Positions 16,963 to 26,081 of a stretch of 30,868 bases of DNA are shown here, in pieces. Within the stretch, counting starts at the first letter, position 1; each line of letters starts with the position of its first letter. The position numbers and the translations under genes were made by a program. The notes beneath the pieces are model-generated. The model searched no databases and was not told the DNA's origin. It saw nothing but the letters and a program-made list of their open reading frames with translations. Source of the stretch: an uncultured Candidatus Saccharibacteria bacterium. GTDB lineage: Bacteria > Patescibacteriota > Andersenbacteria > UBA10190 > CAIZMI01. The stretch is from NCBI GenBank assembly GCA_964372305.1, contig CAYJQK010000003.1:1-30868 (forward strand), given 5' to 3'.

Positions 16963-17041
16963 GCGTGGAGTATACCACAGGGAATCCAGAACACGATAAC
17001 ATCCTCCAACGACTTCGTTCGCAAGAATCTTTTGCCCGTGC

Positions 17042-17070
17042 TTGAATATCGGTACGGACGAGCGTACTGT
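17042..17070 (+). promoter_or_regulatory. Promoter of tRNA-Gln
   Basis: TTGAAT (17042-17047), N17, TACTGT (17065-17070), 10 nt before the tRNA. Confidence 0.55.
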
Positions 17071-17080
17071 TCCACACCGG

Positions 17081-17154
17081 TCCGGGGTCGTCTAACGGCA
17101 GGACAGCGGGCTTTGGACCCGCCAATCATGGTTCGAATCCATGCCCCGGAGCCA
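17081..17154 (+). tRNA. tRNA-Gln (anticodon UUG)
   Basis: Acceptor TCCGGGG/CCCCGGA, anticodon arm GCGGG-CTTTGGA-CCCGC, T-loop GGTTCGAATCC, encoded CCA. Confidence 0.97.
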
Positions 17155-17633
17155 CATGCGAGACTCGTTAATAAAGGGGATACAGGGGTCAAGGACAATG
17201 ACGCTGCGCTGGTCTCCGCCACCGTACGGTCGGCCTCGCTTCATCGCATCACGAATGACTTCTCCCTCTTCTTGCGGTTGTGGGTGATTCACCCAGGGAG
17301 GGGAGTTTCTGCCAACGGGCACCGGCCAGGGGTCAAGAAGTTCTTGGTGCTTCTTGGGACCGTGCTCTCTGCTCCAGAGACTTGACCATGGCCACGCCTG
17401 GGCTTTCGTCACCAGCGGCGTTGCGAGGGGTGCGTGCCATGGCGTCAGTGTGGCATCATTGTCCCGGACCCCTTTTCCGGTACGCGTGTTCTTTCCCGTC
17501 CGTGAGGAGTTACCCGAGAAGTGGTGGTGTTAAAGACTTCAGCGTTGTATTGTGCACGGGTGAAACTCACGCAAAATCAGGTTTTCATCGGAATGGTTAC
17601 TTACCCACTCGCGTTCGTTGTCTAGAAGCCACG

Positions 17634-17987
17634 ATGGTAAAAAACGCGGAGCCGATCATTCATCTCATCACGGACAAAGCAACGCCAGAACAGATCCGGG
17701 AGATGGTCGCGTTTTACACAGCGCGCATCAAGGTGGCGGTGGATATCGAGCGTAGCATCCTTGCAGGCGGGGGTAAGTGGCATGCCGACTGCCAACAGGT
17801 ATTACTCAATCATGGAAGCACGCACGAAAATATTTGGGGCGCTGGATATGCGCTGCCTACGCATACGGTAAACTTCACCTCCCACGTCAATATTCGTCCT
17901 TCACAGAATAATCCTGACCAAGACATTCTCTCCGCGGAGATCCGACAGAAAGTTGAGAAGATCATTCGCGAACGCCTTGAGCCATGA
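17634..17987 (+). CDS. DUF5674-family protein
   Basis: IKVAVDIERSILAGGG.WHAD..LL..GS...IWG, VNIRPSQNNP..I...EIR. The longer ORF from 17280 is probably a non-coding extension. Confidence 0.8.
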   Translation: MVKNAEPIIHLITDKATPEQIREMVAFYTARIKVAVDIERSILAGGGKWHADCQQVLLNHGSTHENIWGAGYALPTHTVNFTSHVNIRPSQNNPDQDILSAEIRQKVEKIIRERLEP

Positions 17988-18145
17988 ACGCCGCGCAGCG
18001 CATGGTGGCAATCAGCATCAATCTCCTGCAGATCGAAGAATGGTATGCCAAGAACCCCGCGCGGAACTACGACGAGGACGAGGACTGCCCCAGGAGTTCC
18101 CCGCCAAGTGTCGCCAGGGCGTCCACGGTGAGATTCCGCTCTTGA
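17984..18145 (+). pseudogene. Short ORF coupled to DUF5674, probably truncated where it meets the dnaX 3' end
   Basis: ATGA overlap with the DUF5674 stop. MNAAQRMVAISINLLQIEEWYAKNPARNY is helix-like, then the sequence turns low-information where it overlaps dnaX antisense. Confidence 0.4.
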
Positions 18146-19755
18146 TGCGTTGCGCGACGCGCCGCCGCCATCTCCTCGGCGCGCGTTGAGGATTCCGGTA
18201 TGCCGCGCGCCTTCGCCTCCGTGCCGTGAAGAACCGAGAGCACCAGTCGAGTCCCCGTCAGCAACTCGAGCGCATCCTCGAGCGGCGTCCGCACGACGCG
18301 GTCGCGGATCCGATCGCGGTAGAGGGTGTACTGCGTCACGAGGTGAAGCGTTGTGTCCGTGACGGCAACGGGAACGCATGCTTCAAGCGTTGAAAGAAGC
18401 AACGGATTCAGCGTCGTGCTCTTTTCAAGAAAGGCTGGCCACACCTCAAGGACGCGTTCATAGAGCAGCGGGTTCTCCGTTCCTTCTTCCCTGACCCGAG
18501 AGGATGCGGCGGGCCCTCGAGAGGCACTGGATGTTTCCTGCGAGCGCTCATCGACCTTTTCAGGGGACCATTGAACGGAGCGGGCCTCGCCCACGACGGG
18601 ACGACGCCCTGCGTCCTCGCGTGCCGGAGGCCGACCGTCATCCTTCCCAGGGCCGCACCACTCAAGAATGGCGACTTCAAGAGGAAGAGCGTCATACGCG
18701 GTGTCGCGCATCTCCGTTTTCGCACGCAAGAAGACACGGACGAGAGCCACGAGGTCTTGGTCCCGATATCGCGCCGCGTGCTCGCGGAGACGTGTTTCAA
18801 TCGTTGGCGGGTAGGATTCGCTGTGGACACTTGCAATCGCCATGGAGGCCACAGCGCGGAGGTATCGCGTCAAGTCATCAGCAAACGCGCGAACGGACGC
18901 GCCGCGATCCATGACGGCATGGAGCGCGGTGAGTGCGGGGTGTGCCGCCCTTTCGAAGAGCGCCTCGGCAAACGACTGGGTCGTCTCAATACTCGTCATG
19001 CCGAGCGCCCGCTCGACAACAAGCGCTGTGACCGGCTGATCGTCCGTATGAAGGGCAAGGACTTGTCCGAGAAGACTCTCCGCATCACGGAAACACCCCT
19101 CGCTATGCTGGGCAATGAGGAGAAGCGCGGTCGGTTCCAAAACGAGCTCCTCTTTTTTTGCGATCGCCGCGAGCCGTTGGGTAATGAGCGCGACTGGCGC
19201 ACGGCGAAACAAGAATGTCTGGCACCGCGACCGAATAGTGTCGGGAACCTTGTGGAGCTCTGTCGTGGCAAGGATGAACACGGCATGTGTCGGCGGTTCC
19301 TCTAATGTTTTGAGGAGTGCGTTGAACGCTTCCTTCGTCAGCATGTGCACTTCGTCCACGATGTACACCTTGAACGCACCGGCAGACGGGGCGAGCACGA
19401 TGCGCTCCTTGAGCGCGCGGATCTCATCGATCCCGCGATTGCTTGCGGCGTCAATCTCAATAACATCGAGATGCACGTTCTGTTGCGAGGCCACGCAGCA
19501 CGAACACGTATCGCAGGGCTCTGGACCGGCGGGGTGTTCACAGTTCAGACGGCGTGCTAAAAGCCGCGCGATGGTTGTCTTTCCCGTTCCTCGCGGACCC
19601 GCGAAGAGGAGCGCGTGCGCGAGCTGTCCTTCGCGGAGAGCGTTTGTGAGGATGGTCACGACATGGTCTTGCCCGAGAACATCCGCAAACCGCTGCGGAC
19701 GATACTTACGGTAGAGCGTCCGCTCTTGATATGCCGATCGGGGATCGTTGGTCAC
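18067..19755 (-). CDS. dnaX: DNA polymerase III subunit gamma/tau
   Basis: LYRKYRPQRF, Walker A GPRGTGKTT, Zn motif C..PCDTCSCC, DEVHML, NALLKTLEEPP, SRCQ. Confidence 0.97.
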   Translation of the reverse strand: MTNDPRSAYQERTLYRKYRPQRFADVLGQDHVVTILTNALREGQLAHALLFAGPRGTGKTTIARLLARRLNCEHPAGPEPCDTCSCCVASQQNVHLDVIEIDAASNRGIDEIRALKERIVLAPSAGAFKVYIVDEVHMLTKEAFNALLKTLEEPPTHAVFILATTELHKVPDTIRSRCQTFLFRRAPVALITQRLAAIAKKEELVLEPTALLLIAQHSEGCFRDAESLLGQVLALHTDDQPVTALVVERALGMTSIETTQSFAEALFERAAHPALTALHAVMDRGASVRAFADDLTRYLRAVASMAIASVHSESYPPTIETRLREHAARYRDQDLVALVRVFLRAKTEMRDTAYDALPLEVAILEWCGPGKDDGRPPAREDAGRRPVVGEARSVQWSPEKVDERSQETSSASRGPAASSRVREEGTENPLLYERVLEVWPAFLEKSTTLNPLLLSTLEACVPVAVTDTTLHLVTQYTLYRDRIRDRVVRTPLEDALELLTGTRLVLSVLHGTEAKARGIPESSTRAEEMAAARRATHQERNLTVDALATLGGELLGQSSSSS

Positions 19756-19822
19756 GGTCCAAGTGTATGCTGTGCAGGAGAAAGTTCAATGCAAGTGAGC
19801 ACGGGAAAAGATTTTCCTTCGC

Positions 19823-20326
19823 CTAGCGCCGAAAGACGATAAGCCTGCTTCCCCCATAGTTGAAGAACAGCACCACGAAGACCGCAAGGACCTTCGCGGC
19901 AATATCCGCGGATGCGCCAAAGAGTGCGTGGAGCATGACAAGACGGGACGCGAAGAACCCCGTGAGGAGTTGGTTCAACACCCAGGCGATCACACTCATC
20001 GCGAAGTACCGGGCCCCTTGCGTAGCGATGCGGCTCGTGTCCGTATTTCGAAACGTCCAGTACTTGTTCAGATAAAAGTTCACGGCGATTGCCAGAAATA
20101 CGCTCGCCATGTTCGCCGCGACAACGGGGTACCGCGGCGCCGCACAGTCCGCGAATGTCCGAAGAGTGTGCCGCGATATTCCCCAGTCGCTAAGGGAGAC
20201 GCAGTACACCGTGGCCCACCCGAGAATGCGTGTGAGAAGCGCATACGATCCAAAGTCCACCACCGCTCCCACGGTACCCACCGTGCCAAAACGCAAAAAT
20301 TGCTTCAGGTTCTCTTGGAACGTCAC
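19823..20326 (-). CDS. GtrA-family membrane protein
   Basis: QFLRFGTVGTVGAVVDF, NFYLNKYWTF, KVLAVFVVLFFNY. Confidence 0.88.
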   Translation of the reverse strand: MTFQENLKQFLRFGTVGTVGAVVDFGSYALLTRILGWATVYCVSLSDWGISRHTLRTFADCAAPRYPVVAANMASVFLAIAVNFYLNKYWTFRNTDTSRIATQGARYFAMSVIAWVLNQLLTGFFASRLVMLHALFGASADIAAKVLAVFVVLFFNYGGSRLIVFRR

Positions 20327-20883
20327 GTCGCTGCGGGGGGCTCCGTGTCCGTGGATTTCTTGAGGGCGTGCTCCACGGCCCCCCAGTGCGCCTCACGGCC
20401 CTCAGGGAGAAGAATCGTGACGTCATCCCCTACTTCGAGGTGGTAGAACGTCACCGAAGCAAGGAGGAGACGGTACTCTTTTTCATCCGTGCGCACCACA
20501 TAGTGACCCTGATCATCAAGATCAAAGATCCCGCGGACGCGCCGACGTTCCACGGGCGCGATTTGCTTATAGACGAACGCTCCGTCCGGTTTAATGGTGA
20601 GCTTGAGACGGTCACCTTCCACCACTTTTGATTTCGACGCGTAGTTTGCCGGCACGGGATACAGCTGCCCATCTTCCCCCTTCATATGCTCCCCATCAAA
20701 CTCGCCGATGATCACGCGCCCATCGGTAGGAATTTCTAACACCGCCCCGCGCGGCGCGGCAGATATATTGTCCAACCCCACACTCTCCCCCGCGTCGTCA
20801 CCAAGCAGTTGCCGCATGAGCTGCATGTTCCGTTCCGCTTCTTCCAAACGACGTTTCAGGAGCGCAATTGTTTGTGGATTCAT
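20323..20883 (-). CDS. Conserved hypothetical protein (N-terminal coiled helix plus beta-rich domains)
   Basis: LKRRLEEAERNMQLMRQLL, then GEFDGEHM..DGQLYPVPANYASKSKVVEGDRLKLTI..FVYKQI. I recall this family from CPR genomes. Alternative TTG start at 20913. Confidence 0.75.
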   Translation of the reverse strand: MNPQTIALLKRRLEEAERNMQLMRQLLGDDAGESVGLDNISAAPRGAVLEIPTDGRVIIGEFDGEHMKGEDGQLYPVPANYASKSKVVEGDRLKLTIKPDGAFVYKQIAPVERRRVRGIFDLDDQGHYVVRTDEKEYRLLLASVTFYHLEVGDDVTILLPEGREAHWGAVEHALKKSTDTEPPAAT

Positions 20884-21208
20884 AACCTTGATCGTGAAAT
20901 TCTTTTGTTGCAATAAATGGGTGTAGGTATTTTGGCGCTACACGTACGATGATCTCACGCGTGCGCGCGACCCTCCCCCTACAACGTTTTTATACGGTAT
21001 CACGTGGGCTTTTCACCGTCAAACACCTGGTCGAGACCGTCGAAAAACTCTCCTGAACTCCTTCGGGAAGTACCTGGCGGTGTTTTTCCCGTCGTTCTGT
21101 GGAGAACTCCGAGAGCGTGGCTTCGTGTCCGAGCGGGGGCTCTCCCGCTGCGGGCATATCCCTCTTCCGCGTGCTGTGCGCCTGGCAAGCGCGGTGACGG
21201 GAAAACAT

Positions 21209-22231
21209 TCAATACCGTCGGACCCAGCGACGCAGGCGCTCAATTGCGGCCGTGAACCAGTAGAACGGCGTGAGGGGGAGATCCTGCGCGTGAAGGTAGT
21301 CGCGCCGCTCACCCCCAAAACCCTGCTTGAAGAGTGTGAGGCCCGCCCAGGGGTGACGCGGATCGGCTGTAGGCGCGATTCCCCAGAAGTTGTAGGTCGT
21401 GATCCCACGCTGCCGAAGCTCGCGCATGATGTTCCAATGGAGGAGGTACGCCGCGGGGATCTTCGCTCGCGCGCGGGAAGAGGCGCCTTGGTGATAAAAG
21501 CCCACGGAACCGTAGGTCACGATGAGTGCGGCAGCGAGCGCAGTTCCGTCATGGGTCGCGATCGCCAGAAACGCGCGGTCATGAAGCAGAAACGCCGCGA
21601 ACTCCGCCGCAAGAAAATCCGCGGAGAAAGGGACAAAGCGCTCCCGCGCCGCTGTTTCGGAATACAGCCGCTGAAAGATGCCAAAATCAGCAGTGTCTCT
21701 CGTGAAGCGTACGACTACCCCTTCGCGTTCCGCGCGGCGGATGAGATTCCGCGTGGTCTTCCGCATACCGCGGAGCATCTCCTCATCTGAAAGACGGATG
21801 TGGCGCACCCACATCGTTTCCGCATGCATGTGCAGCGGCGCCGGCCGGTACCCCCGCGCGGCATACCACGCCCGCTGCTTCGGGGTATCCGGAACAAGCG
21901 GACTCACGCGGAGAAACGCGCATCGTTCGGCGCGTGCTGCCGCGGCGAGCGCGTCGAGGAGCGCCTGAGTTGTCGCGGGCGACGCGGGATCCCGAATGTC
22001 TGCGAGCGGCCCGTGCGGGCAGAAGAGGAAACGCCCCCGTCGCGCGGACACCGTCACGCCGAGAGCAACGCCGACGAGCCGCTCCCCGTCGTACGCCCCG
22101 AGCGGCACCGTGCGTTCGCCAAGCGTTTCTTGCATCCGTCGCCAATTCGCGGAGTGGAGAAACGTGTTTGGCCGCAAGGCGATAACAAAACGATCCCACG
22201 CCGCATCGTCGCGGACTTCGCGGATATTCAT
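21209..22231 (-). CDS. FemAB/FemX-family aminoacyl-tRNA-dependent peptidyltransferase
   Basis: FLHSANW, LFCPHGP, FLRVSP, MRKTTRNLIRRAEREGV, YHQGAS, YLLHW..M, YNFWGI, GLTLFKQGFGG. Confidence 0.9.
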   Translation of the reverse strand: MNIREVRDDAAWDRFVIALRPNTFLHSANWRRMQETLGERTVPLGAYDGERLVGVALGVTVSARRGRFLFCPHGPLADIRDPASPATTQALLDALAAAARAERCAFLRVSPLVPDTPKQRAWYAARGYRPAPLHMHAETMWVRHIRLSDEEMLRGMRKTTRNLIRRAEREGVVVRFTRDTADFGIFQRLYSETAARERFVPFSADFLAAEFAAFLLHDRAFLAIATHDGTALAAALIVTYGSVGFYHQGASSRARAKIPAAYLLHWNIMRELRQRGITTYNFWGIAPTADPRHPWAGLTLFKQGFGGERRDYLHAQDLPLTPFYWFTAAIERLRRWVRRY

Positions 22232-22410
22232 GAGACTGGAGAAACATGATGAGCTGCGAAGGTCTGGAGCGAGCACCGCGCGAGGCGTACGAGAGGTACG
22301 GTGAGCGCGGAGCGGAGCGAAGACCGAGCGCTTGAGGGTCGTCTCGTTCCCGGGGGCGGGCTTTGCCCGACACGGGAACGAGACGACAGATCGCATGTTT
22401 CTGCAGTCTC
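22232..22410. mobile_element. 179-bp MITE with 17-bp IRs and 6-bp TSD
   Basis: IRs GAGACTGGAGAAACATG (22232-22248) and CATGTTTCTGCAGTCTC (22394-22410), one mismatch. ATTCAT repeated at 22226-22231 and 22411-22416. Internal hairpins. Confidence 0.88.
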
Positions 22411-22412
22411 AT

Positions 22413-23672
22413 TCATGGCGGGAGTTCCTTCAACAGCGCGCGGAGAACCGTCTGCACGCGTTCTCCGTCGGTAAGCGACATGCCCGGGTTTGTCGGGAGG
22501 TTCAGCGAGTGCGCGCTTGCCTGTTCCGCAACAGGACACGACCCCGGAACATACCCGACGGACGAGAGATCCGTATCACGCGGAGCAATGACCGTGTTAT
22601 ACCAATCCCCGAGGAGCAGACGATCGTGGCGCGCCGCGAGCCGGAGCGCGGCGGCATGCTTCGTCTGCACGGTGTACCGAAGCCATATCGGTTCGGACGC
22701 CGCCGGGAACTCCGGCTGACGGAGCGGAAGGTCCGCGAGCGCCTGACGGTAATACGCGGCGAGCGCCGTGCGTCGCTCATTCATTGCCGCGAGACGTTGA
22801 AACTGACCGGCCGCGAGCGCCGCAAGCGCATTCGGGAATAACGCATACGGCGCCGACGGACGCCCACCACTTTTTTCCCCCGGCGTGAGCGCACGGGATA
22901 CAAGATGCGTTCGCTGCGCCAGAACGAGCAGCGCCTTGCCAATCCCGAACACGAAGTAGAGCGGACGGACGAGAAACACGAGAACCACGGGATGGAGGAG
23001 TTGCTGGACAACCCACCACCGCCGGGCGACAGGCAGCGTGCGGAGTTCCTCCGTAATTCCGGGAAACCGCTGGGGATTCTTCACGACGAGCGCGCCGCCA
23101 AAGACGGAGGAAATCGCTTTGTCTCGTCCGAAGCTCATGATGGCCGCATCGCCGAGTGTCCCCACGCGCTCGCCGTTGTACCGCGCGCCAATGACGTGCG
23201 CGCAGTCTTCAATGATGACGAGATTTCGCTCCCGCGCGATCGCGCGGATTTCTTCCAGCGGCGCCGGGCAGCCGAAGGTGTGCTGGACGATGATCGCGCG
23301 GCTCCGCGGGGTAATTTTCCGCCGCAGGTCCGCGGGCTCCATCGTGAGCGTTGCGGGATCAATGTCCACGTACACGGGTTTCGCGCCAGCCCAAAGCACC
23401 GGGCCAGGGACTGACACGCAGGTGTAGGCCTGCAGCAGCACCTCGTCACCCGGGACGCAACGGAGCGCGCGCAGCAGCGCGAAGAGCGCCCAGCGGCCAC
23501 TCGTCAAGACAATGACGGTGGGCACGCCGAAGAAATCTTGGAACTCCTTTTCTAGGCGCGCGGGAAAGGGACCAGAAATCCAGTGCCATGGCGCGAGCAG
23601 GAAGCAGAGTGCACGGAGCGCGTCCCGGTGTGTCGCGGTCGGCGCGAGGGAGATGGCAATACCGTGAGACAT
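22413..23672 (-). CDS. DegT/DnrJ/EryC1/StrS PLP-dependent sugar aminotransferase
   Basis: SGRWALFALL, GDEVLLQAYTCVSV, IVQHTFG, IIEDCAH, PLP lysine in SFGRDK, LNLPT. Confidence 0.92.
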   Translation of the reverse strand: MSHGIAISLAPTATHRDALRALCFLLAPWHWISGPFPARLEKEFQDFFGVPTVIVLTSGRWALFALLRALRCVPGDEVLLQAYTCVSVPGPVLWAGAKPVYVDIDPATLTMEPADLRRKITPRSRAIIVQHTFGCPAPLEEIRAIARERNLVIIEDCAHVIGARYNGERVGTLGDAAIMSFGRDKAISSVFGGALVVKNPQRFPGITEELRTLPVARRWWVVQQLLHPVVLVFLVRPLYFVFGIGKALLVLAQRTHLVSRALTPGEKSGGRPSAPYALFPNALAALAAGQFQRLAAMNERRTALAAYYRQALADLPLRQPEFPAASEPIWLRYTVQTKHAAALRLAARHDRLLLGDWYNTVIAPRDTDLSSVGYVPGSCPVAEQASAHSLNLPTNPGMSLTDGERVQTVLRALLKELPP

Positions 23673-23676
23673 GGGA

Positions 23677-25299
23677 TTACGCGCCGTCGCGGATAAGGAT
23701 CTCCCACGCACGGGCCGGCAAGCGTCCGACAAGGAGCACGACACAGTCGTCGCCGCGAAGAGAGCGGAGCGCGGCGACGATCTTCGCGCTTGACGGAACC
23801 ACCACTAACGCGGGCGCGGAGACCGCCCCGCTCTCCATACCTGCTCGGACCACGTCAGCAAAGTCCCATTGGGTCAACAGCACGTTCGTGGCCACGGTGG
23901 CGAGCGCCTTGCCCACACGCGCGTGGGCGTCACGAGTGAACGGTCCCAGTTCGATCATCGGCGTGAGCACGACAACCTTTTTCTTTTGGCGGAACATGGC
24001 GAGGGTGTCGAGCGCCGCGAGAACACCGTCGGGATTCGCGTTGTATGAATCGTCCAGAAGAACCGTTCCATCTCGCAGCCGCGCTGGGGCGAGACGACGT
24101 TCCGGCAGATGGAGCGAAGAGAGCCGTTCGACAAGTGTCGGCAGCGGGTGACCCATAACGGCGGCGGCGGTGAGCGCCGCCAAGGCATTCTGGAGAAAAT
24201 GGCGACCGAGGAAGGGCACGTGGATTGCGGCGGAACCCCAGGGCGTCCGCACGCTTGCAGAAATTCCGTTGAGATCCGCCTGGAGATCACTCGCGCGCAC
24301 GTCCGCGCGCTCACTCTTCCCGTAGGTGAGCGCGCGGCAGTGTTGGGTGTTCCGCGCGATCTCCGCGCAGAGCGGATCGTCGTCGTTCACAATGGCCGTT
24401 CCATCGTGTGGCAGTGACGCGATGAGTTCAGACTTCGCGCGACGAATTGCCTCAAGCGAGCCAAAGAGCGCGAGGTGCTGCGTCGCGATGGCTGTAAGGA
24501 TGCCGATTTTAGGCCGTGCGATCTCGGCCACGCGCCGAATCTCCCCCTCGCGGTACGCACCCATCTCGCAGATGAATACTTCGTGCGTGGGGCGGAGCTT
24601 CGCGAGAATCACCTGCGCGACGCCAATCTCCGTGTTCGTGTTCGCCGGGGTTGTGAGTACGGTGTCCGGTGACACCGGAAGCAGCTGCGCGAGGAATTCC
24701 TTCGTGCTCGTTTTTCCATAGCTCCCGGTGATCCCGACAACAGAGAGACCGTGAAAGGACTGCCGAAGGATGCGCGCGCGGGCGATGATGCGCTGTTTCA
24801 GAATCGTGGAGACGGGCGCGAGCAGGGCGACAACGAACGGAACAAGGAACAGCACAAGTCGATCGCCCAGAAGAAGTGTCGCCGCGAGCGGTACGCCTTC
24901 ACCATCACCCATGAACCGCGCCGTGAATGGGACAATCGCGAAGACGACAATAAGCGCGCCCCCGAGGACTGTGAGCGCTTTCGCCGTCCACTGCGGGCGC
25001 TTGGCGGTCCGCGTGAGGAGCTCACGGCCGAAAAATACGCACTCTAGCATATAGAGCGCAAGGAGAGTTCCGGAAACGACGTCGGCTCTGGCCGGCTGGA
25101 TAACAAGGATCACGAACAGAAGCCACTTGAGGAGACCAAGCGGATGAAAGAGGGCGACCCGAGAACTTGGGAGCGCCAGGTGTGCCCGCACGCGATCCCA
25201 ACGGTACTCCTTCGTTTGCCAAAACGCGGTCTCTCTCGCCGCGCTGCGGATGGTTCGCAGCGTCCAGAGCGTGCTCAAAAGCATCGTCACAGCGGTCAT
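23677..25299 (-). CDS. murF: MurF-like Mur ligase with a multi-helix N-terminal membrane extension
   Basis: GITGSYGKTSTKE, NTEIG, EMGAYREGEI, N.DD, LDDSYNANPDG. About 130 aa of hydrophobic N-terminus. Confidence 0.88.
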   Translation of the reverse strand: MTAVTMLLSTLWTLRTIRSAARETAFWQTKEYRWDRVRAHLALPSSRVALFHPLGLLKWLLFVILVIQPARADVVSGTLLALYMLECVFFGRELLTRTAKRPQWTAKALTVLGGALIVVFAIVPFTARFMGDGEGVPLAATLLLGDRLVLFLVPFVVALLAPVSTILKQRIIARARILRQSFHGLSVVGITGSYGKTSTKEFLAQLLPVSPDTVLTTPANTNTEIGVAQVILAKLRPTHEVFICEMGAYREGEIRRVAEIARPKIGILTAIATQHLALFGSLEAIRRAKSELIASLPHDGTAIVNDDDPLCAEIARNTQHCRALTYGKSERADVRASDLQADLNGISASVRTPWGSAAIHVPFLGRHFLQNALAALTAAAVMGHPLPTLVERLSSLHLPERRLAPARLRDGTVLLDDSYNANPDGVLAALDTLAMFRQKKKVVVLTPMIELGPFTRDAHARVGKALATVATNVLLTQWDFADVVRAGMESGAVSAPALVVVPSSAKIVAALRSLRGDDCVVLLVGRLPARAWEILIRDGA

Positions 25300-26081
25300 G
25301 GGAACGTCGTGAGGATCGACGTAAGTTCGGCGGCGAAACGTTCCGGATCGTCATGGTGAAACGCGTGGCCGACGCCATGGACAACCACGAGCGCCGCACC
25401 GGGAATGAGCATCTTGAGTCGTTTCGCGTCCCGAAGAGGCGTATCGTGGTCAGCATCCCCCCAGAGGATCGCCGTTGGCACACGGACACGCGCCGCAATC
25501 GGCGCGATGTTTTCCGCGACGACGCGCTGAAGCGTGGGACCCATGACGCCAGCGCGGAGATAGTCTTCGGACCCGACCGCGCGGTAGAGGAGACGCCGCG
25601 CGATCTCCCGAAACGTCCGGAGGACGGGGAGAGCGAACAGAGACGACCCCGTGTGCGCGAACATCTGGATCAGCGCGCGCAGCGCCGCCGGTCTCCGCGA
25701 AATCCCCCGCGCCGCATACACAACGAGGGCGGTCACGCGATCTGGCGCGGTCGCGGCGAAAGCAATGGCAACGGCGCCGCCAAAGGAGTGCCCGAGGATA
25801 ACGCAATGTTCCCACGCGTGGGCCACAAGAAGCTCGCGTGTCCATTGAACGTAGTCGGCGATCCCCCAGGCGCGCGGCGGGGGCGGCGTAGAGCCAAACC
25901 CCGGCTGATCTGGAATGAGCACCGATACGTCCGTTTCGGCGAACGTCGCAAAGACCGCGCGGTACCGGTCGGCAGTACTCCCCCACCCGTGAAGGACGAG
26001 GAGATGGATGCTCCCCTTCCCCCCAGAGAGCACCCGCGCCGGCGCTCCGTGAATCGTGATGTACTCTTCGGAGAGAATCAT
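25296..26081 (-). CDS. Alpha/beta fold hydrolase
   Basis: LHGWG, PDQPGFG, nucleophile GHSFGG, WGDADHDTP, GVGH. Confidence 0.92.
   Translation of the reverse strand: MILSEEYITIHGAPARVLSGGKGSIHLLVLHGWGSTADRYRAVFATFAETDVSVLIPDQPGFGSTPPPPRAWGIADYVQWTRELLVAHAWEHCVILGHSFGGAVAIAFAATAPDRVTALVVYAARGISRRPAALRALIQMFAHTGSSLFALPVLRTFREIARRLLYRAVGSEDYLRAGVMGPTLQRVVAENIAPIAARVRVPTAILWGDADHDTPLRDAKRLKMLIPGAALVVVHGVGHAFHHDDPERFAAELTSILTTFP

Noticed and set aside
146-17569. Shared 11-mer GGGTGAAACTC at 146-156 and 17559-17569
   Set aside because: It is short, has no flanking similarity and is compatible with chance or a generic GAAA hairpin.
20323-20913. Ribosomal protein L7/L12 label, which I recall being attached to this family
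   Set aside because: The sequence has no resemblance to bL12 (no Ala-rich hinge or conserved C-terminal domain).
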